A stretch of 64,000 bases of DNA from Oceanispirochaeta sp. (GTDB lineage: Bacteria > Spirochaetota > Spirochaetia > DSM-2461). The notes beneath the pieces are model-generated. The model was not told the origin of the DNA, did no database searches, and saw only the letters and a list, made by a program, of their open reading frames with translations. The stretch spans positions 448,001 through 512,000 of the forward strand of contig CAXXXD010000002.1 in assembly GCA_963663385.2 (NCBI GenBank), written 5' to 3'. The position numbers and the translations under genes are program-made. Below, in pieces: positions 49,413-59,397 of the stretch. The first letter of the stretch is position 1; each line of letters starts with the position of its first letter.

Positions 49413-52379
49413 ATGTCCTCATCAATATCCTGCCCAGATACATTCTCACTCATTTCTACAGATGACCTGGATGAATACCGCGGCAAAGGTTATCTTTTTG
49501 AACATATAAAAACAGGTTGTCAGATCTATCATGTCCATAATGACGATGAGGAGAATCTGTTCTCCTTCAATTTCCGCACGCCCCCCGCAGACAGTACGGG
49601 GGTCGCTCATATCCTGGAGCATTCCGTGCTCTGCGGATCCCGGAATTTCCCTGTGAAGGATCCTTTTCTATCCATGATGAAGGGGAGTGTCAATACCTTT
49701 CTGAATGCCATGACCTATCCGGATAAAACCCTCTATCCTTCTGCCAGTGTTCTGGAGAAGGACTATTTCAATCTGATGCATGTATACGGAGACGCAGTTT
49801 TCTTTCCTCTGTTAAAGAAGGAGGTTTTCCGTCAGGAGGGACATCGCCTGGAACGGGATGAGAAGGGTAAACTCCGCCGGGTGGGTATTGTCTATAATGA
49901 GATGAAGGGAAACTACTCCTCTCAGGAGGGGATTGCTTCGGAGTGGTCCATCCGCTCCCTTTTTCCCGATAATCCTTATGGTGTGGATTCCGGTGGGGAT
50001 CCCGATTTTATCCCGGCCCTGACCTATGAACAGTTTCTTGAGTTTCATAAGACCTACTATCATCCCTCCAACTGCCGGATTTTCCTTTATGGGAATGTGA
50101 GCCCCCGGAAAAATCTTGAATTTCTGGATGACAGATTCCTGAAGGAGTTTGAAAAACGGGATGTGGATTCCCGGGTTCCCCTTCAGGAAAACTGGACAGC
50201 TCCCCGGGTGTTCGAAACAACCTGGCCGTCCGGCGAGGAGGAAGATGAGGATGGGAAATCTTCCCATTTGCTGAATTGGAAAACTGTTGGACCTGAGGAT
50301 CCCGTCCGCAGTTTGAGTTATTCCATTATGACCGAAATGCTTATGGGAAACAGTGGAGCTCCCCTTCAGAAGATTCTCCATGAATCCGATCTGGGGGATG
50401 ATATCTCTCCGGTCAGCGGGATGGATTTCGATCTGAATGAAGCGGTTTTCTCCATCGGTTTGCGGGGCTCCGATCCGGATAAGAAAGAGGCTTTCAGAGA
50501 GCTGATTTTCTCATCTCTGAAGGAAATTGCAGAAAAAGGGTTTCCGGAAGATCTGAAAGAGAGCTGCATGCGCCTTGTGGAATTCCGGGCCAGAGAGATC
50601 AAGGGGGGGGGACCTTTCGGCCTCCGTCTGCTGAAGAAAGCCCTGAAGGGCTGGAATTATGATCTTCCTCCTGTTCAGACCCTGCGCTTTGATTCTGTCA
50701 TGAAGGAAGTCCGGCGCCGGGCGGAAGAGCCCGGATATTTCGAATCCCTGCTGAAAGAGGGGATTCTGAATAATCCCCACTACTCCCTGGTTACAGTAAA
50801 ACCGGATCCTGAAAGTCGCAATAAACAGGAAGAGGCCCTCCGGAAGGAAATGGCTGCCATTGAGGCATCCTTATCAGAAGAGGATGAGGCTAATCTCAAG
50901 CAGGAAAATGCTGCTCTTAAAACTTTTCAGGAGAAGGTTGATACCCCGGAAGAGCGGCAGACAATCCCCACCCTGAGCAGGGATGATATACCCCGTACCA
51001 TTCAGAAGATCCCCTATCATTTAAGTGATGAGAAGGGAATTAAAGTTCTGAGACAGGGGATTTTCACCAATGGTATCCTCTATTCTGATCTGGCTTTTGA
51101 TCTTTCCGGAGTGGATGAGGATCTCTACCCGTATCTGCCACTTTTCTGCCGCGCCCTGTCCGGAACCGGTCTGCCCGGTATCCCCTATGATGTGGTTACC
51201 CGGGATTTAGCTCTTAAAACCGGCGGTTTCGGGGCGTCTCTGGAAGCGTCCTGTTCCCTCTCCGGTTCCTCCCCCGATCGTTACCTTTATGTACGCCTCA
51301 AAATGCTGGAAGAACAGAGTGCCGAAGCTCTGGAGCTGGCGGGGAAACTGCTTCTGCAGGCGGATTTTGATAATACGGCCCGTCTGGATCAGATTATGAC
51401 GGAGATGCGGAACGATATGAAAGCATCCCTGATCCCCGGAGGGCACTCCTATGTCTCCCTGAGAACAAACCGGGCTCTGTCAAAAGCCTCGGCTCTGGAG
51501 GATGACTGGTTCGGGATCTCCCAGCTTCAGTTCCTGAATGAACTGACGGCAAAAAAAGATAAGCCATTCCTCTTGAAACTTTCATCCCTTATGAAGCAGA
51601 TCCGGAAGGAAGTCTTCAACGCTGAAGGGCTGGTTATAAGCCTGACAATGGATGAATCGGTTATGAACCGCCATAGCCCTGAAATTCTGAACTACTGGCA
51701 GGAGATTTTACCTGTTTCCCCGGAAAAAGGAGAAGGTCTGAATCAGGGGATGCCCCGGATAGACCGGTCTCTATCAGAAGCGGATAATCAGGGAGAAGGT
51801 CTGGCTATCCCGGCTTTGATCGGATTTGTGGGAGCCTCCCTGCGGGGAACCCGTCTGGGGACTGCGGAACACTCGGCCCAGATCCTTCTGAGCCATATGC
51901 TGAAAACAGGTCCTCTCTGGGAGAAAATAAGGATGAAGGGCGGTGCTTACGGGGCATTTTCCTCTCTCTCCGGATTGGAGGAAACCTTTTCGTTTGCCAC
52001 TTACCGGGATCCCCGGATTGAGGATTCTCTGGATGCCTTCAGAGAAAGCCTCGGAGAGTATGTGAATTTTTCAAATCCGGAGGAGCTGGAAAAATCCCTG
52101 ATCAGTGTGATCGGCAAGGAGCTGCGGCCTCTCTCCCCCTCCGAGAAAGGTATGATCTCTTTAAAGCGGTACCTCTACGGGATCAGTGACGAACTGCGTC
52201 AGAAAAAGCGGGATCAGCTTATGAATCTGACTGAATCACAGATTTCTGAAGCGGCGGGGAGCCTGCTCCGGCTCTGGGAGAAGGCTGTCGTCGTTGTTAT
52301 GGCTCACCCCGATCAGCTCGACCGGGCTTCAAAGAGATGGCCCGGTTTAAAAGACCGGAGGATTGACCTTTCGAAGTAG
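49413..52379 (+). CDS. M16C peptidase (presequence protease / insulinase family)
   Basis: 'HILEHSVLCGS' HxxEH, 'NAMTYPDKT.YP', 'GIVYNEMKG', 'IRMKGGAYG'. Confidence 0.95.
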   Translation: MSSSISCPDTFSLISTDDLDEYRGKGYLFEHIKTGCQIYHVHNDDEENLFSFNFRTPPADSTGVAHILEHSVLCGSRNFPVKDPFLSMMKGSVNTFLNAMTYPDKTLYPSASVLEKDYFNLMHVYGDAVFFPLLKKEVFRQEGHRLERDEKGKLRRVGIVYNEMKGNYSSQEGIASEWSIRSLFPDNPYGVDSGGDPDFIPALTYEQFLEFHKTYYHPSNCRIFLYGNVSPRKNLEFLDDRFLKEFEKRDVDSRVPLQENWTAPRVFETTWPSGEEEDEDGKSSHLLNWKTVGPEDPVRSLSYSIMTEMLMGNSGAPLQKILHESDLGDDISPVSGMDFDLNEAVFSIGLRGSDPDKKEAFRELIFSSLKEIAEKGFPEDLKESCMRLVEFRAREIKGGGPFGLRLLKKALKGWNYDLPPVQTLRFDSVMKEVRRRAEEPGYFESLLKEGILNNPHYSLVTVKPDPESRNKQEEALRKEMAAIEASLSEEDEANLKQENAALKTFQEKVDTPEERQTIPTLSRDDIPRTIQKIPYHLSDEKGIKVLRQGIFTNGILYSDLAFDLSGVDEDLYPYLPLFCRALSGTGLPGIPYDVVTRDLALKTGGFGASLEASCSLSGSSPDRYLYVRLKMLEEQSAEALELAGKLLLQADFDNTARLDQIMTEMRNDMKASLIPGGHSYVSLRTNRALSKASALEDDWFGISQLQFLNELTAKKDKPFLLKLSSLMKQIRKEVFNAEGLVISLTMDESVMNRHSPEILNYWQEILPVSPEKGEGLNQGMPRIDRSLSEADNQGEGLAIPALIGFVGASLRGTRLGTAEHSAQILLSHMLKTGPLWEKIRMKGGAYGAFSSLSGLEETFSFATYRDPRIEDSLDAFRESLGEYVNFSNPEELEKSLISVIGKELRPLSPSEKGMISLKRYLYGISDELRQKKRDQLMNLTESQISEAAGSLLRLWEKAVVVVMAHPDQLDRASKRWPGLKDRRIDLSK

Positions 52380-53604
52380 TTCTGTTCCGTGTAATCAGGG
52401 GGAGCCCTGCCAGCTGCAGAAGCAGCAGAGGCAGGAAGAGGAATACGGTTCTTTCATTCCCCTGGTGAAACCCGGGCAGCAGGTTTATCAGGATCATCCC
52501 GATAAACAGAAGAGCTTGAATCTGCCAGAATCGAACCAGTATTTTTATCCGGCGGGGATTGTTCCTTTTGGGAAAGAGAAAAATCAGCACCAGATAAAAT
52601 GGATGGATAACCATCAGGTTCAGGTTTTCACTGGCCACCTGGTGGTTGGTGAACAGACTGATGAAGAAGGTCAGCCCTCCTGTTACGGAGAAAACTGTCA
52701 GGAACAGGGTCAGGAGTATTCGGCAGGTGTTTCCGGGGCCGTTTTTCCGTGACAGGGCTCCCGCCTGCAGAAGCAGAAGACATATACCGCTTATCAGGCC
52801 GTAAACCAGAGCCATTTTTATATTGGAAGGGGCGGTATCGGGTACGGCTTCCCGTCCTTCGGCTTTAACCCTGTATTCCGTATTCCGCACCAGAGCTTCC
52901 GTTCCGTTCTCTGTCTCTATGGTCAGTTTGCCAACCTGAATCATCAGTTCATCCGGCAGGAACATGGTATCCCAAACCGTTATATCCCTGTCTATTGTCC
53001 GCCCCTGAAGAAAGGAGAGAAGCCAGTCGGCCCACCAGCTGTGGCTGCTGTACCGGCGGAAACTCTCCCGGAAACTGGTTCCGGCCGACATCATGGTTGC
53101 TTCTTTCAGCTGCCCTCCTGTTGCTGTATCGATAAGATCCCTGATGCGGGTGGAACAGTTATCCAGGTAATGATGGTAGAGGTAGGTATTATTGCCGGGA
53201 GAAACCTTCCATTCCAGATACTGAGCCATATCTGCAATGGCTCTCTGGGACAGGTTGAGGGCCTGAATGGTTACATCCCTGTTTTCGTTTGCTATGTAAT
53301 TGAGATAGGCACGGGCTGAGACTCCCACTGAGGAGTATATAAGTCTTCCCATGGCAAAATTTCTGTAAAAATGGTCTGACTTGAAAGAAAAATTCCCGAA
53401 GTCATAGAACCGTGCTTTGCTGTTTGCCGTATATTCCAGAATCAAACCCGTATGTCCAAACCATATATAAAGTGGATCCCCCGGGCCAACGGTCACAAGG
53501 TAGCAATTCCAGGTCCCCTCCGGGGAATCTGCATTGGACTGTGTCGAAAGGGGCATTATAAGAATGAAAAGAATAACGGGGATAAGGATTTTTTTTTGAT
53601 ACAA
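52297..53604 (-). CDS. DUF4105 / Lnb-like membrane protein
   Basis: 'TVGPGDPLY.WFGH', 'YDFGNF', 'Y.YHHYLDNCSTRIRD'; C-terminal TM helices; TTG start after GGAGG. Confidence 0.82.
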   Translation of the reverse strand: MYQKKILIPVILFILIMPLSTQSNADSPEGTWNCYLVTVGPGDPLYIWFGHTGLILEYTANSKARFYDFGNFSFKSDHFYRNFAMGRLIYSSVGVSARAYLNYIANENRDVTIQALNLSQRAIADMAQYLEWKVSPGNNTYLYHHYLDNCSTRIRDLIDTATGGQLKEATMMSAGTSFRESFRRYSSHSWWADWLLSFLQGRTIDRDITVWDTMFLPDELMIQVGKLTIETENGTEALVRNTEYRVKAEGREAVPDTAPSNIKMALVYGLISGICLLLLQAGALSRKNGPGNTCRILLTLFLTVFSVTGGLTFFISLFTNHQVASENLNLMVIHPFYLVLIFLFPKRNNPRRIKILVRFWQIQALLFIGMILINLLPGFHQGNERTVFLFLPLLLLQLAGLPLITRNRTTSKGQSSGLLNRAISLKPGRADRGEP

Positions 53605-53753
53605 AAAATACCTCCATGTAGTAAATAGCCCAAAATACGGGATAATATTAATCGATGACGGTTAATTTTTCTACCCTATTGATTTTTTCTATTTATTTCT
53701 TATAAAGAATTGTGATAGAATGGGCCTCAACAAATAGGCATAAGGAGCAATTT

Positions 53754-53939
53754 ATGGCTGAAAAAGAAACCCTGGTAGTATCCTCCAAGGTTAAAAACTA
53801 CATCAAGACAACTGGCGATCTGAAATGTTCTGCCAAAGTTATTGATGTTCTGTCAGACAAAATCCGTGAGATGTGTGACGCCGCAATCGAAAATGCAAAA
53901 AATGATAAAAGAAAAACAGTACAGGAAAAAGATTTCTAA
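53754..53939 (+). CDS. Bacterial histone-fold protein (Bd0055/Leptospira-type singlet histone)
   Basis: MAEKETLVVSSKVKNYIK...SAKVIDVLSDKIREMCDAAIENAKNDKRKTVQEKDF; RKTVxxxD histone L2 motif; TAAGGAG RBS; 61 aa. Confidence 0.85.
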   Translation: MAEKETLVVSSKVKNYIKTTGDLKCSAKVIDVLSDKIREMCDAAIENAKNDKRKTVQEKDF

Positions 53940-53970
53940 TCCAGATTATTAAATCTTTTTTTATTGTACA

Positions 53971-54011
53971 AAAAACCGCTTTGCCGTACCGGGCAGAGCG
54001 GTTTTTTTTTT
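53971..54011 (+). terminator. Strong intrinsic terminator after the histone gene
   Basis: AAAAACCGCTTTGCC-GTACCG-GGCAGAGCGGTTTTTTTTTT. Confidence 0.8.
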
Positions 54012-54153
54012 CCCGGCCGGGGTGAGCGGGGCCGATTAAAGAAAAGGACAGTTCGAGCGAAGCCGAGAACAGGTATGACCTTTCTTTTGTTGACTGGACA
54101 AATGGAAACACCCGCCGGATAATTATTTAAATAATATAAGAGGGGGCATAATA

Positions 54154-56291
54154 ATGAGTCAGAAAATCAGCGCATCCGTCAGAAGAAAGGATGCAATAGA
54201 TAAAGCCGCCGGAACGATGGAGTACCTGGCGGATCAATTCCCCGTTTCTCCTCTTCACGGGCGTTTTTTTTATTCAACTGTTGCCAGGGGAAAGATAAAA
54301 TCCGTGGATCTGCCGGATCTGCCCGAGGGATACCGTATTTTCGGTGCCGAAGATATACCCGGAAAAAACGGTATACAGATGATCCAGGATGACTGGCCTG
54401 TTTTTGCGGATAAAGAGGTTCGGTATATCGGACAGGTGATTTTTCTGATTGTGGGGCCGGATAAAGCCGAAATCCTGAAAATCCGGGATGCCATACATGT
54501 GGAATACGAAGAGGAGCCACCCTGTTATACCCTGGAGGATTCTGAAGCTCAGCTGGGCGGAACCCAGCATGGGGATGATAATGTTTTTACCCGCTATGAA
54601 ATAAATCACGGCGATGCTGAAAGTATGTTCGCCAAAGCGGACCGTATCCTTGAAAACGATTACTTTACGGGTTATCAGGAGCACGTCTACCTTGAACCTC
54701 AGAGCCTTTTTGCCCACTGGGAGGATGATACGCTTATAGTTCATGCCTCCGCTCAATGCCCTTTCTATATCAGGCACAGTATGACCGGTGCCCTGGGAAT
54801 GGAAGAAGATAAAATCCGGATTATTCAGACCCCTACAGGTGGTGCCTTCGGAGGAAAAGAGCATTTCCCCGATGTCCTGGCCTGTCCCCTTGGGGTCGCC
54901 GTTTATCACCTGAAACAGCCTGTTTCCCTGATCCTCGACAGGAAAGAGGACCTGGCGTATTCCATCAAACGTCATCCCAGTGCCGTCCATATCCGGACAG
55001 CACTGGATAAGGACGGAAAGATCCTTGCAATGGATATTGATCAGCGCCTGGATGGCGGAGCTTATGAAAGCTGTTCCATGGTTGTACTGCAGCGGGCTGT
55101 TTTTCACGCTGCAATGTTTACAATTTCCCCCATGTTCATGTACTGGGAAGGGCTTTCTGTACCAATAAAGTCCCCTCAGATGCGTTCCGGGGATTCGGGG
55201 CTCCTCAGGCTATTTTTGCCATGGAAAGCCATATGAACTTTCTGGCTTTCGAGCTGGGGATGGACCCCATGGACATCAGGGAGCCATACCTGCTGGCCCA
55301 GGGAGACAGTACTATCACAGACGGCCGGATTCATGAAACGGTTATCCTCCCCGAGCTGATTGAGCGTGTCAGGAAAATCTCCGGTTATCAGGAAAAAATG
55401 ACTGCCTATAAAACAATACCCTGGAAAGGGATAGGCTTGTCCCTGTTTATGCATGGATGCGGTTTTACCGGCAGCGGGGAGCAGGATATTATTAAGGCCC
55501 GTGTCAAGGTTTTGAAAACAGCGGACGACAGGATTGAGATTTCCGCCTCCAATGTTGAAATGGGGCAGGGACTGACCACTACCTTTTGTAAAATCGCTTC
55601 GGAAACTCTCGGGATTCCCCTTGATCAGGTTCAGTATATGATACCCGATACGGGAGCTGTCCCGGATTCGGGTCCCACAGTTGCTTCCCGTTCCATTACC
55701 ATTGTCGGATACCTTATTGAAAAGGCCTGTGAAAAACTGAAAAAACAGTGGATGCCGGGAAAAGAACAGACTGTCTTTCATGACTATGTCCCTCCTGAAA
55801 ATGCCGTTCCCTGGGATAATGACGCCCTTACCGGGGATGCTTATCCTGCCTACAGCTGGGGGGCAAATGTTGTTGAGCTTGAAGTGGATCCCATCACATT
55901 TGAAATTGAAACAAAGGGAATCTGGGGCGCTTACGATGTTGGGGTTCCTATTGATCGCCGGATTGTGGAAGGACAGATACAGGGTGGTATGATTCAGGCA
56001 CTCGGTTACAGTAATCTGGAAAAGCTGGAGGTTAAGAACGGCCGCTTCCGCCAGGCTACCCTGGCGGATTATATGATTCCCACCAGTAAGGATTTTCCTT
56101 CCATGAAGTGTGAGATTCTGGATAATCCCTACGACGGCGGTCCTTTCGGCGCCAAAGGGGTAGGGGAAATGGTATTTAACGGCGGCGCTCCCGCTTTTAC
56201 CGCAGCAGTCTGCCAGGCCGTGGATGCGGAAATTGATGAAATCCCGGTTCTTCCGGAAACACTGATGGAGTTGAAAGATGAAGGAAAATAA
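54154..56291 (+). pseudogene. Xanthine dehydrogenase-family molybdopterin-binding subunit split by a frameshift near 55100-55112
   Basis: ORF1 has 'QEHVYLEP' and 'GGAFGGK'; after 'RAVFH' the conserved 'NVYNFP...TNKVPSDAFRGFGAPQAIFAMES' continues in the frame of ORF 55221..56291. Confidence 0.85.
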
Positions 56292-56757
56292 TATTGAGTT
56301 TCGATTGAATGGAAAAAATACGGAATACGATGGGTCTCCCCTGAAGCGTCTTCTGGATGTGCTGAGGGAGGATTATGAGCTGACAGGTCCTAAAGAGGGC
56401 TGCGGTGAAGGGGAATGCGGAGCCTGCAGTGTCATCATGGACGGTAAAATGGTCAACAGCTGTATGGTCCCCATGGGTAGTGTTATGGGGAGAGATATTG
56501 TAACCATCGAAGCATTCAGTCAAACAGACCGGGGAAAGTGCATTGTTGAGGCTTTTGCCGATGCAGGCGCCGTTCAGTGCGGTTTCTGTACGCCCGGTAT
56601 GGTCATCGCCAGTGAAATGATCCTTCAAAAGAATGCCGATCCCGGTGTGGCTGAGATCCGTGAGGGACTGTCGGGCAATCTCTGCCGCTGTACCGGTTAC
56701 GATCTGATAGTGGAAGCTGTCAAACTGGCAGCGGAAAGGGGGAAGGGGTTATGGTAA
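56278..56757 (+). CDS. Xanthine dehydrogenase-family [2Fe-2S] subunit
   Basis: 'KEGCGEGECGAC', 'QCGFCTPG', 'GNLCRCTGY'. Confidence 0.95.
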   Translation: MKENNIEFRLNGKNTEYDGSPLKRLLDVLREDYELTGPKEGCGEGECGACSVIMDGKMVNSCMVPMGSVMGRDIVTIEAFSQTDRGKCIVEAFADAGAVQCGFCTPGMVIASEMILQKNADPGVAEIREGLSGNLCRCTGYDLIVEAVKLAAERGKGLW

Positions 56758-57623
56758 GCTATTTTTATCCTGATGATCTGAAGGAAGCCCTTGAAATCCG
56801 GAAGGAGAATTCTGTTCTTCCCCTGGCGGGCGGAACGGATCTTATGGTCCGGTATGAAAACTGGAGCAGCCTGCCTCCCGACTTTCCCGGGGATGTCCTT
56901 GGAATTTCACACCTGAAGGAGTTGAAGTATATCCGCGAAGATCAGGATTTTCTGCTTATCGGCGCCGGGATGACTCTGAACGATATCCTTGAGTATAAGG
57001 GGATCCCCGATCTGCTCAGGAAAGGAATCGGAGAAATCGCCGCCCCTGCCGTTCGGAACCTGGCCACCCTTGCGGGTAATATCGCCAACTCATCTCCTGC
57101 CGCGGACTCTCTGCCTCCCCTTATTGTAATGGATGCAGTTCTCAACCTTGTCTCTGTCAAAGGAGAAAGAACAGTCCCGGTCAGGGATTTTATTACGGGG
57201 CCCGGCAAGAACAGCCTGCGGGATGATGAGCTGATCGAGTCCATCCGTATTCCCCTGGATTTTATTAAAGAAGAAAGCAGCGGGAAGGGATTTTACCGCA
57301 AAGTGGGAACCCGGAAAGCCAATGCGCTTTCCAAACTCTCCTACTGCGGCTGGGCTTCAATCGAAGGTTATATGATAAAGGATATCAGGATGGCCGCCGG
57401 AGCTGTCAGTCCCGTCGTTGTCCGCCTGCCAGAGGAAGAGGATAAATTGAAAGGGTGTAAACTGAGGGAGCTGTCCCGGGAGTGGAGCAAAGTCAGAGGC
57501 GCCTATGAACAGAAGATCACTCCGATCGATGATCAGAGATCTACCGCTTCCTACAGGAAGCGTACAGCCCTTAAGCTCTTCGATTATATGATCTCGGAAC
57601 TATCCGCCTTATCCGTGTCGTAG
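56751..57623 (+). CDS. Xanthine dehydrogenase-family FAD-binding subunit
   Basis: 'AGGTDL', 'RNLATLAGNIANSSPAAD', 'PIDDQRST..YR'. Confidence 0.93.
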   Translation: MVSYFYPDDLKEALEIRKENSVLPLAGGTDLMVRYENWSSLPPDFPGDVLGISHLKELKYIREDQDFLLIGAGMTLNDILEYKGIPDLLRKGIGEIAAPAVRNLATLAGNIANSSPAADSLPPLIVMDAVLNLVSVKGERTVPVRDFITGPGKNSLRDDELIESIRIPLDFIKEESSGKGFYRKVGTRKANALSKLSYCGWASIEGYMIKDIRMAAGAVSPVVVRLPEEEDKLKGCKLRELSREWSKVRGAYEQKITPIDDQRSTASYRKRTALKLFDYMISELSALSVS

Positions 57624-57853
57624 GACAGTGCCCGGGCCAGCTGGTCCGGGCAGGAGGTATCCTTTCCCAGACACTGGATACCTCTTAACTGTTCAATTAT
57701 CTCTTTTCTGTTTTTACCGGTAACCAGGGCTTTTATGCCGGTCAGGTTTCCCTGGCAGCCATAGTAAAAATTCACGTCTTTTATTATATCCCCCTCAAGG
57801 GTTATGGAAATCCTGCTGCAGCAGGTTCCGTCTGTTTTATAGTCAATCTGCAT
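57584..57853 (-). CDS. TIGR03905 family TSCPD-domain protein
   Basis: 'YKTDGTC', 'GCQGNL.GI', 'GIQC..KDTSCPDQLA'. Confidence 0.88.
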   Translation of the reverse strand: MQIDYKTDGTCCSRISITLEGDIIKDVNFYYGCQGNLTGIKALVTGKNRKEIIEQLRGIQCLGKDTSCPDQLARALSYDTDKADSSEII

Positions 57854-58014
57854 TAATCACAATCCTGAAAAAATCGGCGGCACGCCTTAAACTCCGTGTA
57901 TCTTAAATTGTCCACCCGTACAGGTCAATCCTCAGGATTGTGTATCCGATAAAATAACAGAACTTGTTATTCCTATGGCAAAATATCAATGCCCATCAAT
58001 CTGTCAGTACCGGA

Positions 58015-58902
58015 TCAGCCTGTGACGGAATTCATGCGGTCGAAGACCTTGTAAAGCCCCTGTGTTCCAAGATTTTCCAGGCCCTGAGCCATAGCCGCTT
58101 TATAGAACTGATTGACCAGAGCCAGCCCCGGCAGGCTCAGATTCATACGGTCTGCCTCTTTCAGGGCAATCCCCATATCCTTGACAAAGTGCTGAATCAT
58201 AAAACCCGGATCGAAATTATCCGCGGCAATCCGGCGCCCCAGGTTGTTGATCGACCAGGAAGAGGCCGCTCCGCTGCCGATCACATCGATTATTTCATTC
58301 ATGTCCAGCCCTGCTCTATGCCCGTAGAGGAGGGATTCCACTACACCAATCATGGTACCCGCAATAAGGGTCTGGTTGCACATTTTCGTATGCTGACCTG
58401 CACCGGCTGCACCCATGTATTTAATATTTTCTCCAAAGGCTTCCAGAAGAGGGAGAACTCTGTCATAGGATGCTTTGTCGCCGCCGCACATAACGGCCAG
58501 TGTTCCGTTTCTGGCTCCTATGTCTCCGCCGGAAACAGGGGCATCAATGCTTCCTATTCCTCTGGCTGCCGCTTCCTCTGCAATCCTGACGGCCAGGGAC
58601 GGCTCGCTTGTGGTCATATCGACCAGAACGGATCCGGAGGCAGCTGTCTTCAGAACGCCGGATTCTCCCAGGATGACGCTTTCCACATCCGAAGGATAGC
58701 CGACAATGGTAAAAATCACGTCGCAGCCCTCTGCTGCCTGGGCAGGCGTATCACACCAGACCGCCCCTTTGGCTACAAGTTCGTCCGCTTTGGATCTGGT
58801 CCTGTTGTAGACTCTGACGCTGTACCCCTTATCCATAAGATGACTGCACATGGATTTTCCCATGACTCCGGTTCCTATCCAGGCTGCTTTTTTATCCGAC
58901 AT
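58015..58902 (-). CDS. NAD(P)-dependent beta-hydroxyacid dehydrogenase (3-hydroxyisobutyrate / GarR family)
   Basis: GTGVMG, 'DAPVSGGD', 'GAGQHTKMCNQ'. Confidence 0.93.
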   Translation of the reverse strand: MSDKKAAWIGTGVMGKSMCSHLMDKGYSVRVYNRTRSKADELVAKGAVWCDTPAQAAEGCDVIFTIVGYPSDVESVILGESGVLKTAASGSVLVDMTTSEPSLAVRIAEEAAARGIGSIDAPVSGGDIGARNGTLAVMCGGDKASYDRVLPLLEAFGENIKYMGAAGAGQHTKMCNQTLIAGTMIGVVESLLYGHRAGLDMNEIIDVIGSGAASSWSINNLGRRIAADNFDPGFMIQHFVKDMGIALKEADRMNLSLPGLALVNQFYKAAMAQGLENLGTQGLYKVFDRMNSVTG

Positions 58903-59019
58903 GATTTGCTCCTTATCTCTCTATTCGCATAATCTGCTGATTTATTGTATTATATATGTCTTAAGTATAAAGATTTTTACTTAATTGTATACCATTTATA
59001 TATGAGATAAGAGGAATTG

Positions 59020-59229
59020 ATGGAAGATAAAATTATTCAGATGGATACAAGAATCCTGTATCTGGAAGATATGGTCCAGCAGATGAATGTCATTATGATG
59101 GAGCAGGACAGGGCTATCACCAGGCTGAATACCATAGTCAAAACGTTGAATGACAAGATTAAGGAACTGGATGAGAAAAAGGGCGAAAGAGGCATTTCCG
59201 CAGAGATTGAACGCCCGCCTCATTATTAA
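59020..59229 (+). CDS. slyX: SlyX family protein
   Basis: Short coiled coil ending in 'ERPPHY'. Confidence 0.88.
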   Translation: MEDKIIQMDTRILYLEDMVQQMNVIMMEQDRAITRLNTIVKTLNDKIKELDEKKGERGISAEIERPPHY

Positions 59230-59340
59230 TTTTCTGAATTATCGGATGTATAGCCTTACCGGCTATTCATGTCCCGGAATTATTCCTATAATGGTATCGT
59301 CCGGAGACGCGCTTCGGTTACACCCATTTATCCAAACAAA

Positions 59341-59385
59341 TTGACAAATCTGATCTCTTGTTTTATTCTAGTGTTTTAGAACACT
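59341..59385 (+). promoter_or_regulatory. Promoter TTGACA-17-TATTCT followed by operator AGTGTTTTAGAACACT
   Basis: Same arrangement recurs at 60577-60620. Confidence 0.75.
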
Positions 59386-59397
59386 TATAGGCGGCTT

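Noticed and set aside
52297..52379. 83-nt convergent overlap of the PreP and DUF4105 genes
   Set aside because: Low-information tail overlap; likely simple stop-codon drift
54020..54090. Imperfect hairpin upstream of the xanthine dehydrogenase operon as a purine or Moco riboswitch
   Set aside because: I could not match the conserved cores of those riboswitches; an Rfam scan would settle it
57964..58932. 322-aa plus-strand ORF
   Set aside because: Antisense shadow of the beta-hydroxyacid dehydrogenase gene
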